Positions 10,412 to 22,991 of a DNA stretch of 36,052 nt are shown here, one piece after another. Each line of letters begins with the position of its first letter. Position 1 is the stretch's first letter. A program made the translations under genes and the position numbers. The DNA is from Thraustochytrium aureum (Eukaryota), in contig BLSG01000344.1 in assembly GCA_012862495.1 (NCBI GenBank), forward strand, positions 2,632 to 38,683, in the 5' to 3' direction. The notes under the pieces are model-generated. The model searched no databases and was not told the origin of the DNA. It saw nothing but the letters and a program-made list of their open reading frames with translations.

Positions 10412-13400
10412 CTACGTGGACGCCGCGTCCTCATCTTCCGAGCCAGAGTCGTCGCTCTCCGATTCTTGCGAGTCCGACTCGCTTGTGGTAAATCGTCCGT
10501 CGTCGTCAAAACTCACTCCGCTGCGAAGTCCGCCCAGATCACCGTCGCTCTCGCCAAGGCCGTCGTCACGAGGCACCTCTGCCCTAGAACGTTTGGTTTC
10601 GTGGCGAGTATCGCGCCGCCGCCAGCGTAGCCCACGTGTCCGGCGCACTGGTATCCCCACCGCGACGATGCTGGCTTTCACGCCAGATTGGATTTTGGCT
10701 TGCAACTCTACGCTCAGCTGGTGCTCTGGCGCGTCGGCTTCGAACTCGTCGTCCGACGGTTCTGCTTCTGATTCGTCCGAACTCCACGATGGTGGGTTGT
10801 CGTGGCACTCGCGAATCCGATTCAAATACGTTCTGCGCTCGGCAACGCTTGCAAGTGCGGCCTCGAGGGCCTGTGCCTGCTGCACTGCGGCTTCGGGATC
10901 CAGGACGAGCCGGCGATTGTTGCTCTTCGTTTCTTCTTCGATATCGTTTTGCTCGCGGTCCAGAGCATCAAGATATCGAGACCATTTCAGAAACGTGGCG
11001 CCGTTCTCGCCGTCCCATGGCCGCCTCAAGCCGTTCTCGCGAGCGTAGGTTCGCCCCTCAAACACAATGTATCGCTTCGCCCGCTTCAAGACCTTGGTTC
11101 GGAGCGCTTTCTTGCACTCGCCCTCCAAAACGTGAGACTTTTCCTTGAGTCGTCGGCGCAGAGCGACGAGAGAGGCTTGGGATTCCTTCACCTGCGCTTT
11201 AGCGTCCTCCAAGCTCTTTTGGGCCGCTTCGAGCGACAGGATCGCTTCAGATTCACTTGCAAACCCGTGCTCTGTTATCAGACCGCCACGGTGAAACATC
11301 TTGACTCTGTTGTGCGTGAAGCGCAACTCTGACTTGGCGCTCACAACCGACTTCTTGGCGTACTGGATGTCAACTTCGGTCGTCGCGATGCGCCGCTTGC
11401 ATTGGCGACGCCGCCGCTTGATTTCAACCTTGATCTTTTCTGCAGCAACCTTGGTGAGCAGCCAATCGGAAAGCAAGGCGCTCGCTTGCTCGCTCGCTTC
11501 CCCGAGCAGCTTTCGCTCGCCCGCACAGCGACCCGCTTCTTCACGAGTGAACAAAAGCTGCGGGATCACTGCTGCTGGTTTCGGGAGGTTTTCGTTGCCC
11601 TCAGGCCTTTCCGCGGCGCTGTCGGCGCCGTCGCCTTTTGCCCGCGGTTTCACACGCTTGAAGCGGACAGGCTCGCAGCTACGGCACACAAACCCATGGT
11701 ATGGGTCCTCAAAGTTGTCGAGGGCGTCAGCCAAAAGCTGCCGCTCAAGGGGGAAAGTCTGGCCTTGAAATTCAATTTCGCGGAACCGAACGACGCCGCC
11801 CTTTTCGTTTGCCTCGCGCGACTCGAGTTTAGTGACGAGTGCCTCTTGCTCTGGGTACGGTTGGTCCTCAAAAATAGCGTCAAGCTGCACGGCGTAGCAA
11901 GCCAGGGCCTGCCCGTTTCGGCCCCACGGACGGCGGACGTTCGGGTTAAAGTAGTAGTTGGAGCAAACCTGCTTGTCCGAGTTGACAAGCTCCATGACAA
12001 CCAGAAACTGCCTCAGAACCGTGTCAAGGAATAGACGATGCTGCTCGTCTCGAGTCGCCTTCAACTCTTGCACAATCTCCGTCCCGCAAAGGTTTGTGTG
12101 AAGGTAAAAGTCCGCGTTGACATATTTGTCAAGCTTGCCCTCAAAATCTGATATCATCGGACGCGTCAGAAACCCGGTTCTTCCAACAAGTAGCCCTTCA
12201 ACCCGTGGCCTCATCTGTGCCTCGTCGACGTCAAAGCCTGCATCGAGCAGCGCGTCAACGACTTCGCGCGTACGTCTCGCACGGGAGCGACAGTACCCCC
12301 GTACCGCTTCCGCTCCTTCGCGGAGGGAAAACTCCTCTGGCGGCGACCTCATCTGGTTGAAATCGAGGCGCAAGTCCTCCAGCCCCACCATATCTGCAAA
12401 CGCGTCGCCCAGCTCGACGATGCGGTTCGAGTAAAGCCACAGACTTCGTAGAGATCTTGTTAGTGGCCCGCTGCAAAAGACATCCGGAATCTCACGGAGG
12501 AGATTGCTCGACAGGTGCAACTCCTCGAGCTGGTCAAACTCTGCCGCGCCGTCGGGCAAGGCCGGGATGCGGTTCAGATTGAGGTGGAGGGTTCGAAGCG
12601 TCCGAATCTGTGCCAGGAAGGCAGGGAACTCCGTCAATTTGTTCGAGCTCAAGTGCAGAGCTCTGAGCTGGTTTAGCTCCGCAAAAGACTCGGGGAGCGC
12701 CTCGAGACGGTTCACATTGCAATAAAGCTCCGCCAAAGCGCTCAATTGCCCAACCGCCGCTGGCAGTGCCGCGAGCCGGTTACCGTTCAAGGAAAGCACC
12801 TCAAGTTGTCGAAGCTCGCAAATCTCGTCCGGTAGCTCTTGCAAAAGGTTGTCATCCAGCAATAACTTCCGAAGCCCCACGGCGCCCGAAATGGAGTGCG
12901 GCAAAATCTCCAGCTTGTTGCTCCGCATTTCCAGGGTCTCAAGCCGAGCAAGCCTGCCAACAGCAGAAGGAAGGTCCTTGATTGAATTCCCCACGAGCCG
13001 CAACTCGCGGAGTTGCCATCCGAGCGTGAAAACCGCATCCGGTATACGAGTGAGGTTGCGCCAATGCAAAGCAAGCGCCCCAGACCTCCGTGCACCATCC
13101 ACGAGGGCTTCAACGTCTTTGGCAAAGGTGGCGTCTACTTCTTGCCGCTCACGAGCAATTCCAAATCTGACCGAGCCAAGCCGGGGTGGGGGGCCCAGCT
13201 TCTCGCGACGGGCTTGCTCTTCAAAGTGCCAGANNNNNNNNNNNNNNNNNNNNNNNNNNNNNNNNNNNNNNNNNNNNNNNNNNNNNNNNNNNNNNNNNNN
13301 NNNNNNNNNNNNNNNNNNNNNNNNNNNNNNNNNNNNNNNNNNNNNNNNNNNNNNNNNNNNNNNNNNNNNNNNNNNNNNNNNNNNNNNNNNNNNNNNNNNN

Positions 13401-15857
13401 NNNNNNNNNNNNNNNNNNNNNNNNNNNNNNTTTTGCTGCTCTCGGTCCATCCCGTACCAAGACATCGTTGTCTCCGAGCTGCACGTCGCGCAGCCGCCGG
13501 AGCTGTGCCAAACTGGAAGGCAGCGCACCGGGGCCCAGGAGATTGTCCATGAGCCATAGCCGCTCCAGCTTGTGCAGCAAGCCGATCTCGTCTGGCACAA
13601 CCTGAATCGCGTTGCCATGGAGAAGCAGAGAGCGCAACTCGACGAGCTTGCCAATGTCGCGAGGGATCTTGTCGACCGCATTGCCACTCAAATCAAGCGA
13701 CTCGAGGCGCGCAAGCGCAAGGACTTGATCGGGAAACCGTCCAAGCTGGTTGCCTTGCAGGTGCAAGCTGGTCAAATGAGACAGAGCGGATACACTTGAA
13801 GGAAGATCGCGCAGTTTGTTCCCGCGAAGGTCCAAGGCTGTGAGGCTCTTGAGGAGACCGAAAGAGTCCAGCTCTGCAGGCATTTCTTGCTGCTCTCGCC
13901 GAAAAACTTGGTCAAGGTACACCATGTTTCCCGAATCGATGTCGAGCTTGCACGCCCAGATCGGCTCCCCTCGTCGCGCCAGGGCCTCTTTACGGCGTTG
14001 AATGACAAACAACCGGTGAGCTTTTGCGTTTCGACCAGCAAGGTCCAGAGCCGGAACGACCCTCGGCATGGAGTCATTGAACAGCGTAGACTTGCTCAAC
14101 GGAGGGCCAGCACCGCTCGAGCTCGCCGCCGACATGGACTTGCGTAGCGTTTCCGAGACGCTGGCGCTCGTCGCGCCTTCTTGGTTGCTTGTGTGTGAGG
14201 ACCCCGGCGCATCCCATCGCCACTCCTCGCCGTCTTCTGGAAGGCGCTCGCTCCATGGATCTGTGATTTCAAAAGCCGAAACCCGAGGATCACGCCGCTG
14301 CGCGAGACCCGTTGTGCGATTATAAAACATACTCTCGCCCGCGGGTGTGACAACTTGCTCCCAGGACTCTTCAAATGATGCCTCACTTGCTTCAGACTCG
14401 GGTCGAAAGACAACCTGGGGGACAATAGCGAGCGAAATGAGCGCATTTCGTCCGATATGGAGACGTTCAAGCTTTGCGAGGCGGTGGAAAGACGCGGGCA
14501 GAAGCACGAGGTGATTTCCTTCCAACCGAAGCTCCGTGAGATTCTCGAGCCGTCCAAAGTCGTCGGGAAGCTTTTCCAGCTGGTTTGCCGTCAGCTCGAG
14601 CGTTTGGAGCTGTCGGAGTGAGCAGAACGATTCGGGTAGTTCACGAAGTCGGTTGATTTTCAGCTGGCAGACCTTGAGATTCGCAAGGTGAGCGATCGTG
14701 TCCGGAATGTATTCGAGCTCGTTGTTCGACACGTTAAGGCACGTAAGGCTGCGAAACGCTACCGCATTCCAGCGCGGGAGCGTACGAAGTTTGTTTCCCA
14801 TCAACTTGATCGAGCGGACGTCGTTCAGCTGCATCAAGAGCGTGCTAGTGAGGACTGCAGGGACCGTTTCGAGCCCGAGCCACTGTAAGGATATCTCCTT
14901 CGTGTGGAGAGCGCGACGCACCAAAGCGGCAAAGTCCGATGCGGGCTGGTTGCTCGAAGCGGCTCGAGGGGCCACAGTTCCCCCGCAAACTCGACGTCGC
15001 GCGGTTCGCGTCACTGAAGCGCCAGTCCGTGCCGCACGATTGCCAATTATGCCCTTTGCAACGCTTCCCTCTAGGACTTGATCTTCCTCTCTGCTCAAGC
15101 GGCGCGGCGTTGAGGCTGACGCGCTCGTTTCCAGAAGCCTCGGGACCGAGCTCGCTGACCCGCTCTGCCCGTTGTTTGACACGGCCGTGCTCGGCTCGAT
15201 CTCGGCTTCGTCCTCGCTCTCGCTCACAGCCGGGTCTCCGGCGCTCGCCGAGTCCGCTGCAGCGGGAACTGCGTTTCTGCGCGCCGCATTGTTGACACAG
15301 TGAGGTGGTGGTTCCCTGCCGTTGTCGTCCAGCCCGCGCCCTCTGCCAAGTTCGGGGAGGCTTCCAAGCTGTGCGCGCTCGATTCTATTCTGCTGTCTGA
15401 ACGGCCCATNNNNNNNNNNNNNNNNNNNNNNNNNNNNNNNNNNNNNNNNNNNNNNNNNNNNNNNNNNNNNNNNNNNNNNNNNNNNNNNNNNNNNNNNNNN
15501 NNNNNNNNNNNNNNNNNNNNNNNNNNNNNNNNNNNNNNNNNNNNNNNNNNNNNNNNNNNNNNNNNNNNNNNNNNNNNNNNNNNNNNNNNNNNNNNNNNNN
15601 NNNNNNNNNNNNNNNNNNNNNNNNNNNNNNNNNAACGGCCCATCAGTGGCGACCCGGCGGGCAAACCGGCGCTTGCTTGCCGCCTCTGCCACTTTGTCGC
15701 GTGCTGCTTGGGCTTGCCTCGCCCGCCAGCGAGCGTTCGCCACCGCTCGAGCCTTGACGTGGGCCCTCGCGAGCTCGTGGGACCCCACCCGCTCGAGCAC
15801 CTGCAAGTACGTCTCAGCATCTTGCTCTGCAGGGCCGGGCAGCGCGCGTGCGTCCAT
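10412..15857 (-). CDS. Large leucine-rich-repeat protein with two WW-like inserts, a coiled-coil region and an acidic tail
   Basis: Many LxxLxLxxNxLxxLP repeats in ORFs 13221..15905 and 10412..13687, which join across N-gaps. Start placed at ATG 15857 (MDARALPG). Confidence 0.8.
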
Positions 15858-16287
15858 CGAGCCTGCCCAGGTCCCGTTCGGCTCTGCTCTGCAACGGACA
15901 CCCACCTTGCTTCTCGACTTCGACTTGCATGTTATACTCTGCTAGCTCCAGGTGAATGAAGGTGGCACCCGCGCAGGGCTCGGCCGGCCCGCGCTTTGCT
16001 GTCGAATCGCAGCCGTGTGCAGTCGGGCGCCGCTCGGGCTGGCTGCTGCCACGCGGGCTGGCTGGTTGGTTGGGGCTGCACAAGCATATCCGCACGCAAA
16101 AAGCCCGTGGCAAAACACGAACACCTCCACCTCCACCTCCAGCCATCCTGCCTCTCTACTAGTAGCTCGAGCTCGAGCTCGGGGCGGACGAAGTGAAGGG
16201 AGAGGGGAGGGGGCGAACCCAAACATGGCACAGGTGCGTTATCGGTCTTGCATGCTCTTGTCCTGCGCACTGCTCGCTGGCTAAGAA

Positions 16288-18096
16288 CTAGGTCGCCACG
16301 ACTGCGTTCGACTCTGGCGGTTGCGAGCTCGCCTCAATCTGCCTAGCCGAAATGGCATCGTTGAAAACCTTTCTCTCGCTCTGGGATTGGATCGAGAAGC
16401 TCGCGCGAGGCATGCGATGTTGCAGCGCATGATGCGGAACGTGCGCATTGAAGAACTTGTCGCTGTATTCGCCCCTGTGCCCGATGCTGCAGAAATAAAG
16501 ATACGGGGCGGAAACGTGACGCGCCCCAACGTTAAACCAAGGGAATTGCATAATGTCAACCTTGTGGTAGATCGTCGTCTCTTTCAGTCGGTGCGTACAG
16601 CAACCTAGAACACCTGATCCAGCCAGGCTCGTCTCGTAGGTCTCCACGACGACCCCTGGCGCTGCTTCTAGAATTATGTTTATCGTTTCCGCTGCACGCT
16701 GCGCGTTTCTCGATCCGCACAACGGTGAGTATGACTTTCTGCCTTTGGAGAAGAATGGATCCAGAAGCGTGATTCTTTCTGGGCAGCGATGCGAGAGACC
16801 GCTCAGAATGAGTTTGCGCAGCATCTCGAGCACAAGTTGAGACCCTAGCGAGTGACCCACCATGTGAATCGAAGAGCCGCGATGATCTCCCTTGGGCCCG
16901 GGCGCGGCCTCTTGTCCCGGTGCGGTCCCCGATGGAGCCAGCGACGTATCCTTGAAATGGCTTAGGAACTCGCGCAACAAAACCCCGCTCGCTGACAAGG
17001 CTTGGTGGCGCTTATTCTGCACGTACGTCATTGATCCGTCAGGGCTCATCCGGAGCCACCTCATCTTGGTTCCCGCTGTGGAGTTGTATATTTTGCGCTC
17101 GGCCTCGGTGACAAGCGGCTCGTCACTCCACTGGTTCCAGTAGAAAATGCCAACGTTGTAGCCGGCGGCGAGCCACAGGTCGAGCGAATACGAGTCCTCA
17201 AAGACTACTTTGGAATCACCTTCGTTGTTGATCCAATTGATCGTCTCTCGAAACCCGCGCTGGGTCGTGCCGGGCTCCCAGCCATGCACATACAGCACGG
17301 TGGGCTTGCTAGGGTGAAAGGCTGCGCAGTGCGGTCCTTTGAAGCACTTGTTGCCAACCGCGTACCAATAGATTCCAACATCAAAATTGAACGGAAAGTC
17401 CCAGCTCATACCCTTGGTCTCCAATGCAGCATCCAAACCAGCCCCCGTTGCGCCGGGCGGCTCCACGAGCGGATCGTCGCCGTCCAAGACGATCTCCGGA
17501 ACCGGATCGGCAATACCAATCACGCCATGCGCGGCGGGTGGGATGACCCGCTGCGCAAGCTTCGGCTGGGCAACGCGAGCCGTGAGGAGGGAAAGGAAGA
17601 CCGCCAGGGCAAGTACGACGAGGAGCGGCGACAGGAGGAGGACCAGAAGAGCGGCAACTGGCTTGCTCGGCTGGTGGCCGCACATGAGGGCATATAGACG
17701 CCCGCCGCTCGACATCGTCTGCGCCAGTGTCTGCTCAACGACGCGCTCGAGCTCCTTCAATTGTGCCCGATGCAAATCCGCGATCGGGTTGCTCGCGAGG
17801 TCGTGCCCAGGCGCAGCGCTCGCCTCGCGTTGACCCCCTGCCTTGCTCGCCTCCACCTCCACCTCGGCCGCGGCATGGCAATCGTCCTGGACGGCGCGCT
17901 GCTGGCTCTCGACCTTGCTCACCTCCTCGCCTGGGGCAAGCCCGAGCTCGTCTTCCTGGCGCTGCGCCAGGTGCGCATTGGGCAGCTCGCCGCCATGGTG
18001 CTCGGTCTCTTCAGCTACCGAGCCACGCGGCTCGGGCCCGGGGTCTGCGCCGCCTTGCGCGGGCATCGCGGGCATCGCGGACGTTGACGCGCCCAT
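16288..18096 (-). CDS. Membrane-anchored alpha/beta hydrolase (lipase/esterase-like), 602 aa
   Basis: PTVLYVHGW oxyanion motif, nucleophile elbow GHSLG, ITLLDP, candidate catalytic His in GARH, one TM segment (VAALLVLLLSPLLVVLALAVFLSLL), and N-terminal MGASTS at ATG 18096. Confidence 0.8.
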   Translation of the reverse strand: MGASTSAMPAMPAQGGADPGPEPRGSVAEETEHHGGELPNAHLAQRQEDELGLAPGEEVSKVESQQRAVQDDCHAAAEVEVEASKAGGQREASAAPGHDLASNPIADLHRAQLKELERVVEQTLAQTMSSGGRLYALMCGHQPSKPVAALLVLLLSPLLVVLALAVFLSLLTARVAQPKLAQRVIPPAAHGVIGIADPVPEIVLDGDDPLVEPPGATGAGLDAALETKGMSWDFPFNFDVGIYWYAVGNKCFKGPHCAAFHPSKPTVLYVHGWEPGTTQRGFRETINWINNEGDSKVVFEDSYSLDLWLAAGYNVGIFYWNQWSDEPLVTEAERKIYNSTAGTKMRWLRMSPDGSMTYVQNKRHQALSASGVLLREFLSHFKDTSLAPSGTAPGQEAAPGPKGDHRGSSIHMVGHSLGSQLVLEMLRKLILSGLSHRCPERITLLDPFFSKGRKSYSPLCGSRNAQRAAETINIILEAAPGVVVETYETSLAGSGVLGCCTHRLKETTIYHKVDIMQFPWFNVGARHVSAPYLYFCSIGHRGEYSDKFFNAHVPHHALQHRMPRASFSIQSQSERKVFNDAISARQIEASSQPPESNAVVAT

Positions 18097-18136
18097 CTCG
18101 GGGTGGGGTGGCGGCAATCCTGCTCCTCCTGCTCGC

Positions 18137-18182
18137 GCAGCCAGCCAGCCAGCCAGCGAGCCAGCGAGCCAGCCAGCCAGCG
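18137..18182. repeat. (GCCA/GCGA)n tetranucleotide microsatellite upstream of the hydrolase
   Basis: gcagccagccagccagccagcgagccagcgagccagccagccagcg read directly. Confidence 0.85.
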
Positions 18183-18655
18183 ACCGCTCACGGCTTCGAG
18201 CGGGGTCTGCACGCACGGGACGACCGGCCAAACGACTGCAAAGAGGCGTCTGGAGGCTCGGGTACCGGTAGGAGGAGGTGGGTGCAAGCGGCACGCGTCA
18301 ACGCACCCACGCCGCGTTTCTGTGCACGGCGAGCCTGGCAGGACGCGGAACGAGGCGAACCAACGCATGCGCTCTGTCGTGGGCCAACGGAGAGGCCGGC
18401 CCTCTTTGCCTCGTGAGCCGGGCCTGAGCGGGGTTTAATTAGNNNNNNNNNNNNNNNNNNNNNNNNNNNNNNNNNNNNNNNNNNNNNNNNNNNNNNNNNN
18501 NNNNNNNNNNNNNNNNNNNNNNNNNNNNNNNNNNNNNNNNNNNNNNNNNNNNNNNNNNNNNNNNNNNNNCTACGCACGCGGTGGCGAGGAGAGTAAACTT
18601 GAACGAGTAGTTGCTGCTAGTTCCAAGCGGTTCACCCACCCTCCTCCCGCGCTTG

Positions 18656-21600
18656 TCAGCGGCCCTGCGTCTTGTGCAGGCGGGCGTACTTGCCAGCGCG
18701 CGACATGAGCTCTGCGTGCGTGCCTTGCTCCTGGATGGTGCCGTCTTGTACCACCACAATTTTGTCGCTGTCAATGATCGTCGAGAGGCGATGCGCAACG
18801 ATGAGAGTGGTGCGCCTTCGGACTGCCATGAGGCGGGCAAGGGCCTCCTGCACGACCCGCTCGCTTTCGTTGTCCAGCGCGGAGGTGGCCTCGTCGAGCG
18901 CGAGGATCGCGGGGTCCTTGATGAGCGCGCGCGCGATGGCAATGCGCTGCTTTTGCCCCCCGGAGAGCGCCGAGGCGCTGCCTGCCCCGCATTGCGTCTG
19001 ATAGCCCTCTGGAAACCCGCGAATAAAGTCGTGCGCATTTGCCATCTTGCACGCTTCGATGACGGCGCGCTCGTCCACTGTGTCGCACCCAAAGGCGACG
19101 TTCTCAAGGATTGTACCCTGGAACAAGATGGGCTCCTGGCTCACAAGGCCGATCCGGCTGCGGAGGAAATGCAGCGAGTACGCGCGAATGTCCAGGCCGT
19201 CAATCGTGATTGCGGATTCTGCACTTGTCGGGTCATAGAACCGCTCAAGGAGCCGGATCAGTGACGACTTGCCGGACCCACTGCGCGGCGCGCACAACAA
19301 CGAAAATCGAAACCAACGCAGGGCTCTCGTCAGTGGGCGCCGCCGAACGCGCGGAGCCTCCGCCCCGCCATGCTAGAAAACTCACCTCTGTCCCACAAAC
19401 GCGACGGTCTGCCCTGCCTCGATGCGACAAGAAAAGTCTCGCAACACCACTGCGTCCGGGCGCGTTGGGTATGCGAAGGTGACGCTGTGAAACTCGATCT
19501 CGCCTCTGATATCAACATTAGCCACGCCAGACTCGTCCATGCTGTCGATGTTAGGCCGGCGGTCCATTATCTCAAAGATCTTGGAAGTCGCCACGTGGGC
19601 CTTGCTCGTATCGTTGCCCCGCGCGATGCTCTGGCCGATTAGCGTCGCGCTGATGGTGAGCACAAAAAACACTCGGGAGAGGCTTTGCGAGTCGATCTCG
19701 CCCTCCTTGATCAGATACGCGCCAAACCAGAACGCATAGCTGTATACCACCTGGTAGAGGGACTGCGAGACGCCAGTCTGCAGCCCCATTACCTGGCCGC
19801 CGCGCACCCCAGCGCGCATCGGCGCCTCGAGGGCCGCATCAAACATTAGGTTGATTTTCTCCTGCGCCGAGCAGCTGTAGATGGTCCGGATCGAGTTGAG
19901 CGCTTGGTTCACGATCTTCTCGGAGCGCTTGTCGAGAAGTTGGGCCCGTGCGAACTGCGAGAGGCGTCGTTGGTCATTCCATGAGCTCCATACAAGCGCA
20001 GCACATGGCAAGAACACGGCGCCCGTCATCTTCCACGACGCGCTGAACGCGATCGCAAGCGCAGAGATCACTGCAACGACGTTCTCTACCAGAATGCCCA
20101 AAAAGTCGCCCGTCGCGTTTTGGACGAGGAGGGCGTCGTTTGAGAGCCGCGACAAGAGAATGCCTACGTTGTTGCTCGGCTGGTCGAAAAAGGCGGCGTC
20201 CTGCCGGCAGAGGCTCTCAAAGACGCCGCGGCGAAGGCGCCGCGTCAGCTTGAGCCCAGCAAACGCAAAGGCGTACACCGAGACTGCGAGCGCGACGCCG
20301 ACGGTTGCACCCAGGGCTATGTAGAGGTTGAGGGCGTCTTTGCCCGCAGCGCGCACGTCGGCCGGCCCGTACCCAGAAGCAAACTCGGAAAAGCAATACT
20401 TGCGCGGCAGGCCGAAAGGGCCAAAGTCAAAGCAGCCCTTGTCTTCCGTGCCACGGCACTCCTGGTCGCTCTTGCAGGGCTCGTCAAGATGAGGAAAGGG
20501 GATCACCACAAACCTCTGGAGCAAATGGGAGAGGATGAGGCTCATCATGGGCTGCACAGCCCCCTTGACCGAGGCTGCGACGACGCCAAGCACCAACACC
20601 GGCAGCTCGGCGCGGTTTAATCCCCAGACGCGGCGCCCCGGTACGGGATACAACGCGTCCTTGCTTGCATCCTCGCCAAGGTCTGGTCCAGTTTCCGTTG
20701 CGCCGTCGTCGGCCCNNNNNNNNNNNNNNNNNNNNNNNNNNNNNNNNNNNNNNNNNNNNNNNNNNNNNNNNNNNNNNNNNNNNNNNNNNNNNNNNNNNNN
20801 NNNNNNNNNNNNNNNNNNNNNNNNNNNNNNNNNNNNNNNNNNNNNNNNNNNNNNNNNNNNNNNNNNNNNNNNNNNNNNNNNNNNNNNNNNNNNNNNNNNN
20901 NNNNNNNNNNNNNNNNNNNNNNNNNNNNNNNNNNNNNNNNNNNNNNNNNNNNGGCTCCTGTTGGCTAGCTGCACCTGCTCGTGGCGACGTTGAGGGGGCC
21001 GCCTTGGCTGTCGCGCCGCGACCCTCACGGGCCACGGCGGCGTCGCCGAGCTCAAGCAACGCGCGGTAGGCTCCGCCCTCTTTCGCGGCAAGAGCTTCGT
21101 GCGTGCCAACCTCGAGTACGGCAGACCCGCCAACCTCGGCGTCTGGGTTTTCGCCGAAGACCACGATCTGGTCCGCGTTGCGGATGGTGCTCAGGCGGTG
21201 CGCGATTACAATCGAGGTGAGGCCACCCCGGGCAAGCAGCTTGTCGATAGCGGCCTGCACGACTGCCTCACTGTCGTTGTCGAGCGCACTGGTTGCTTCG
21301 TCAAGCAGGAGAATTCGCGGCTTGCGAATCAGCGCTCGCGCGATGCTGATTCGTTGCTTTTGGCCCCCAGATAGCTTTGTCCCGCGCGCACCGCACTGGG
21401 TCTCGTACCCATCTGGAAAGGTCATGATAAAGTCGTGCGCGTTGCTCTGCTTTGCTGCAGCGACAAAGTCGCGATCCCCATCGTCATCAAAGCGTTGGGT
21501 GCCCACGTCGCCTTCAGCGCGGCCCATGAGAATGTTCTCGCGAATCGTCGTGTCGAAAAGGACGGGCTCTTGGGAGACGAGCGCCATGTTTGACCTAAGC

Positions 21601-22991
21601 CAGTCCAGGTCGCAGTCGCGGACGTCTACTCCGTCCAGGCGGACGGCACCGCCCGTGGCGTCGTAGAACCGCTGCAGGAGGGCCACGCAGGTAGACTTGC
21701 CACTTCCGGATGTCCCAACGAGGGCGCACGTCGTGCCTGGGGCGACGCGGAACGATACGTCGCCAAGGATCGTCTGTTCCCGCCCGGGGTAGCGGAAATG
21801 CACGCGGTCAAATGACACCTCTCCCACGACAGAGGCCATCGCGGGCCTTGCCACAGCGGATTGGCCTGGCGAGCTCGTCGCAAGTCTGCTTTTGCGGTCA
21901 ATAATGGCAAAGAGGTCGTCGACGCTGGCCCTGGCCTCAACAACGGCGGAGACGTTGGGCATGGCGATCCCTATCGCGATAGAACCGATCACACAGGAGA
22001 AGACCGAGCTCAGCACGTCGCCGAACGAAGCATCGAGGTTTGCAACGATGTGGGAGCCCCAGAAGTAGCCAAACCCGTACGAGATGAAGACGATACCGTA
22101 GATAGACCCGACGCCGATTGCGCGGATTGCAGCGATCGTCCGACCAACCTGCTCCCCAAAGGCAAGGAAGGCTTCGTACTTGTCCTTTGTGCGTCGCTCC
22201 GCGCAGAGGGAAGCCACTGTGGTCATCGAGGACAGCACGTCCTCTGCAAACCCGCCCGCGTGCTCGTTGTTCTCGTTCAGAGAGCGCACGCGAGACATGA
22301 TCGAAACGACGAGGATCACAACGACCACGGTGTTCAGCGGGACGACGATCAGCATTGCGAGGGCGACTTGGTAAGACATCGTAAACGCGATGATAAAGCC
22401 GGAGAGCATCTGCGAAGTGTATGAAACTACGGAGCCCAACGACTCTGCCAGGCCGCGCAAGAGGATCTGACTCTGGTCCGTCAAGACGGTGCTCAGCTTG
22501 CCGGTCGACTTTTCGTCGAAAAAGGCAACCTCTTGCAAGAGTAGGGAGCGCATCACGGCCCCGCGCACGCGCCGCGTGACTCTCTCCGCAGTCGAGATCA
22601 GGCATGCGTGCTGCAGGTAGCCCGAGGCTAGTGCGATCGTCCCGAGCTTGAGGAGGCTGGGGATCTGGTCCAAGATGTTGTCGCGCAGCGCGTTGGGGTC
22701 AAACCCGCTCGCGCCCGAGAAGATCTTGCCGAGGATAATCGACTGCACGGGCAAAATGGCCCCGAAAGTAGCCGCCGCGAGCAGCCCGACCCCGTACATC
22801 AGAACGTCCACCGGCTCAAAGAAGCGCAGGACAGCCACAAGGCCAACCTCCCTTCGGGGGTCCTGCGTGAGTTGCTCTTTGCGGTCGACGCTGGCTCTTC
22901 GCAGTTGCCCAGCGCCGCGCTCTTCGCTGCCGAGCAGGGGGGCAACCAGGGCGCCGCCGTCGTCCCTTCCGTTGTCGCCTCCTCGCGGCAT
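18656..22991 (-). CDS. Full-length ABCB (MDR/P-glycoprotein-like) transporter; exons 22991-19386 and 19280-18656
   Basis: TMD-NBD-TMD-NBD architecture. Walker A GTSGSGKS and GQS-GSGKS (the second spliced), Q-loop VSQEP, signature LSGGQKQR twice, Walker B LDEATSALD twice, H-loop AHRLSTI twice. An N-gap falls in the linker. Confidence 0.95.
19281..19385 (-). other. 105-nt GT-AG spliceosomal intron in the ABCB gene
   Basis: Donor AG|GTGAGT, branch-like CACTGAC, pyrimidine-rich tract and GCAG| acceptor. Removing it restores AG+T = Ser in Walker A (GQSGSGKS). Confidence 0.93.

Noticed and set aside
12250..12350. LRR protein as a Roco/LRRK-type GTPase
   Set aside because: The cap resembles Roco proteins, but no GxxxxGK[ST], COR or kinase motifs follow.
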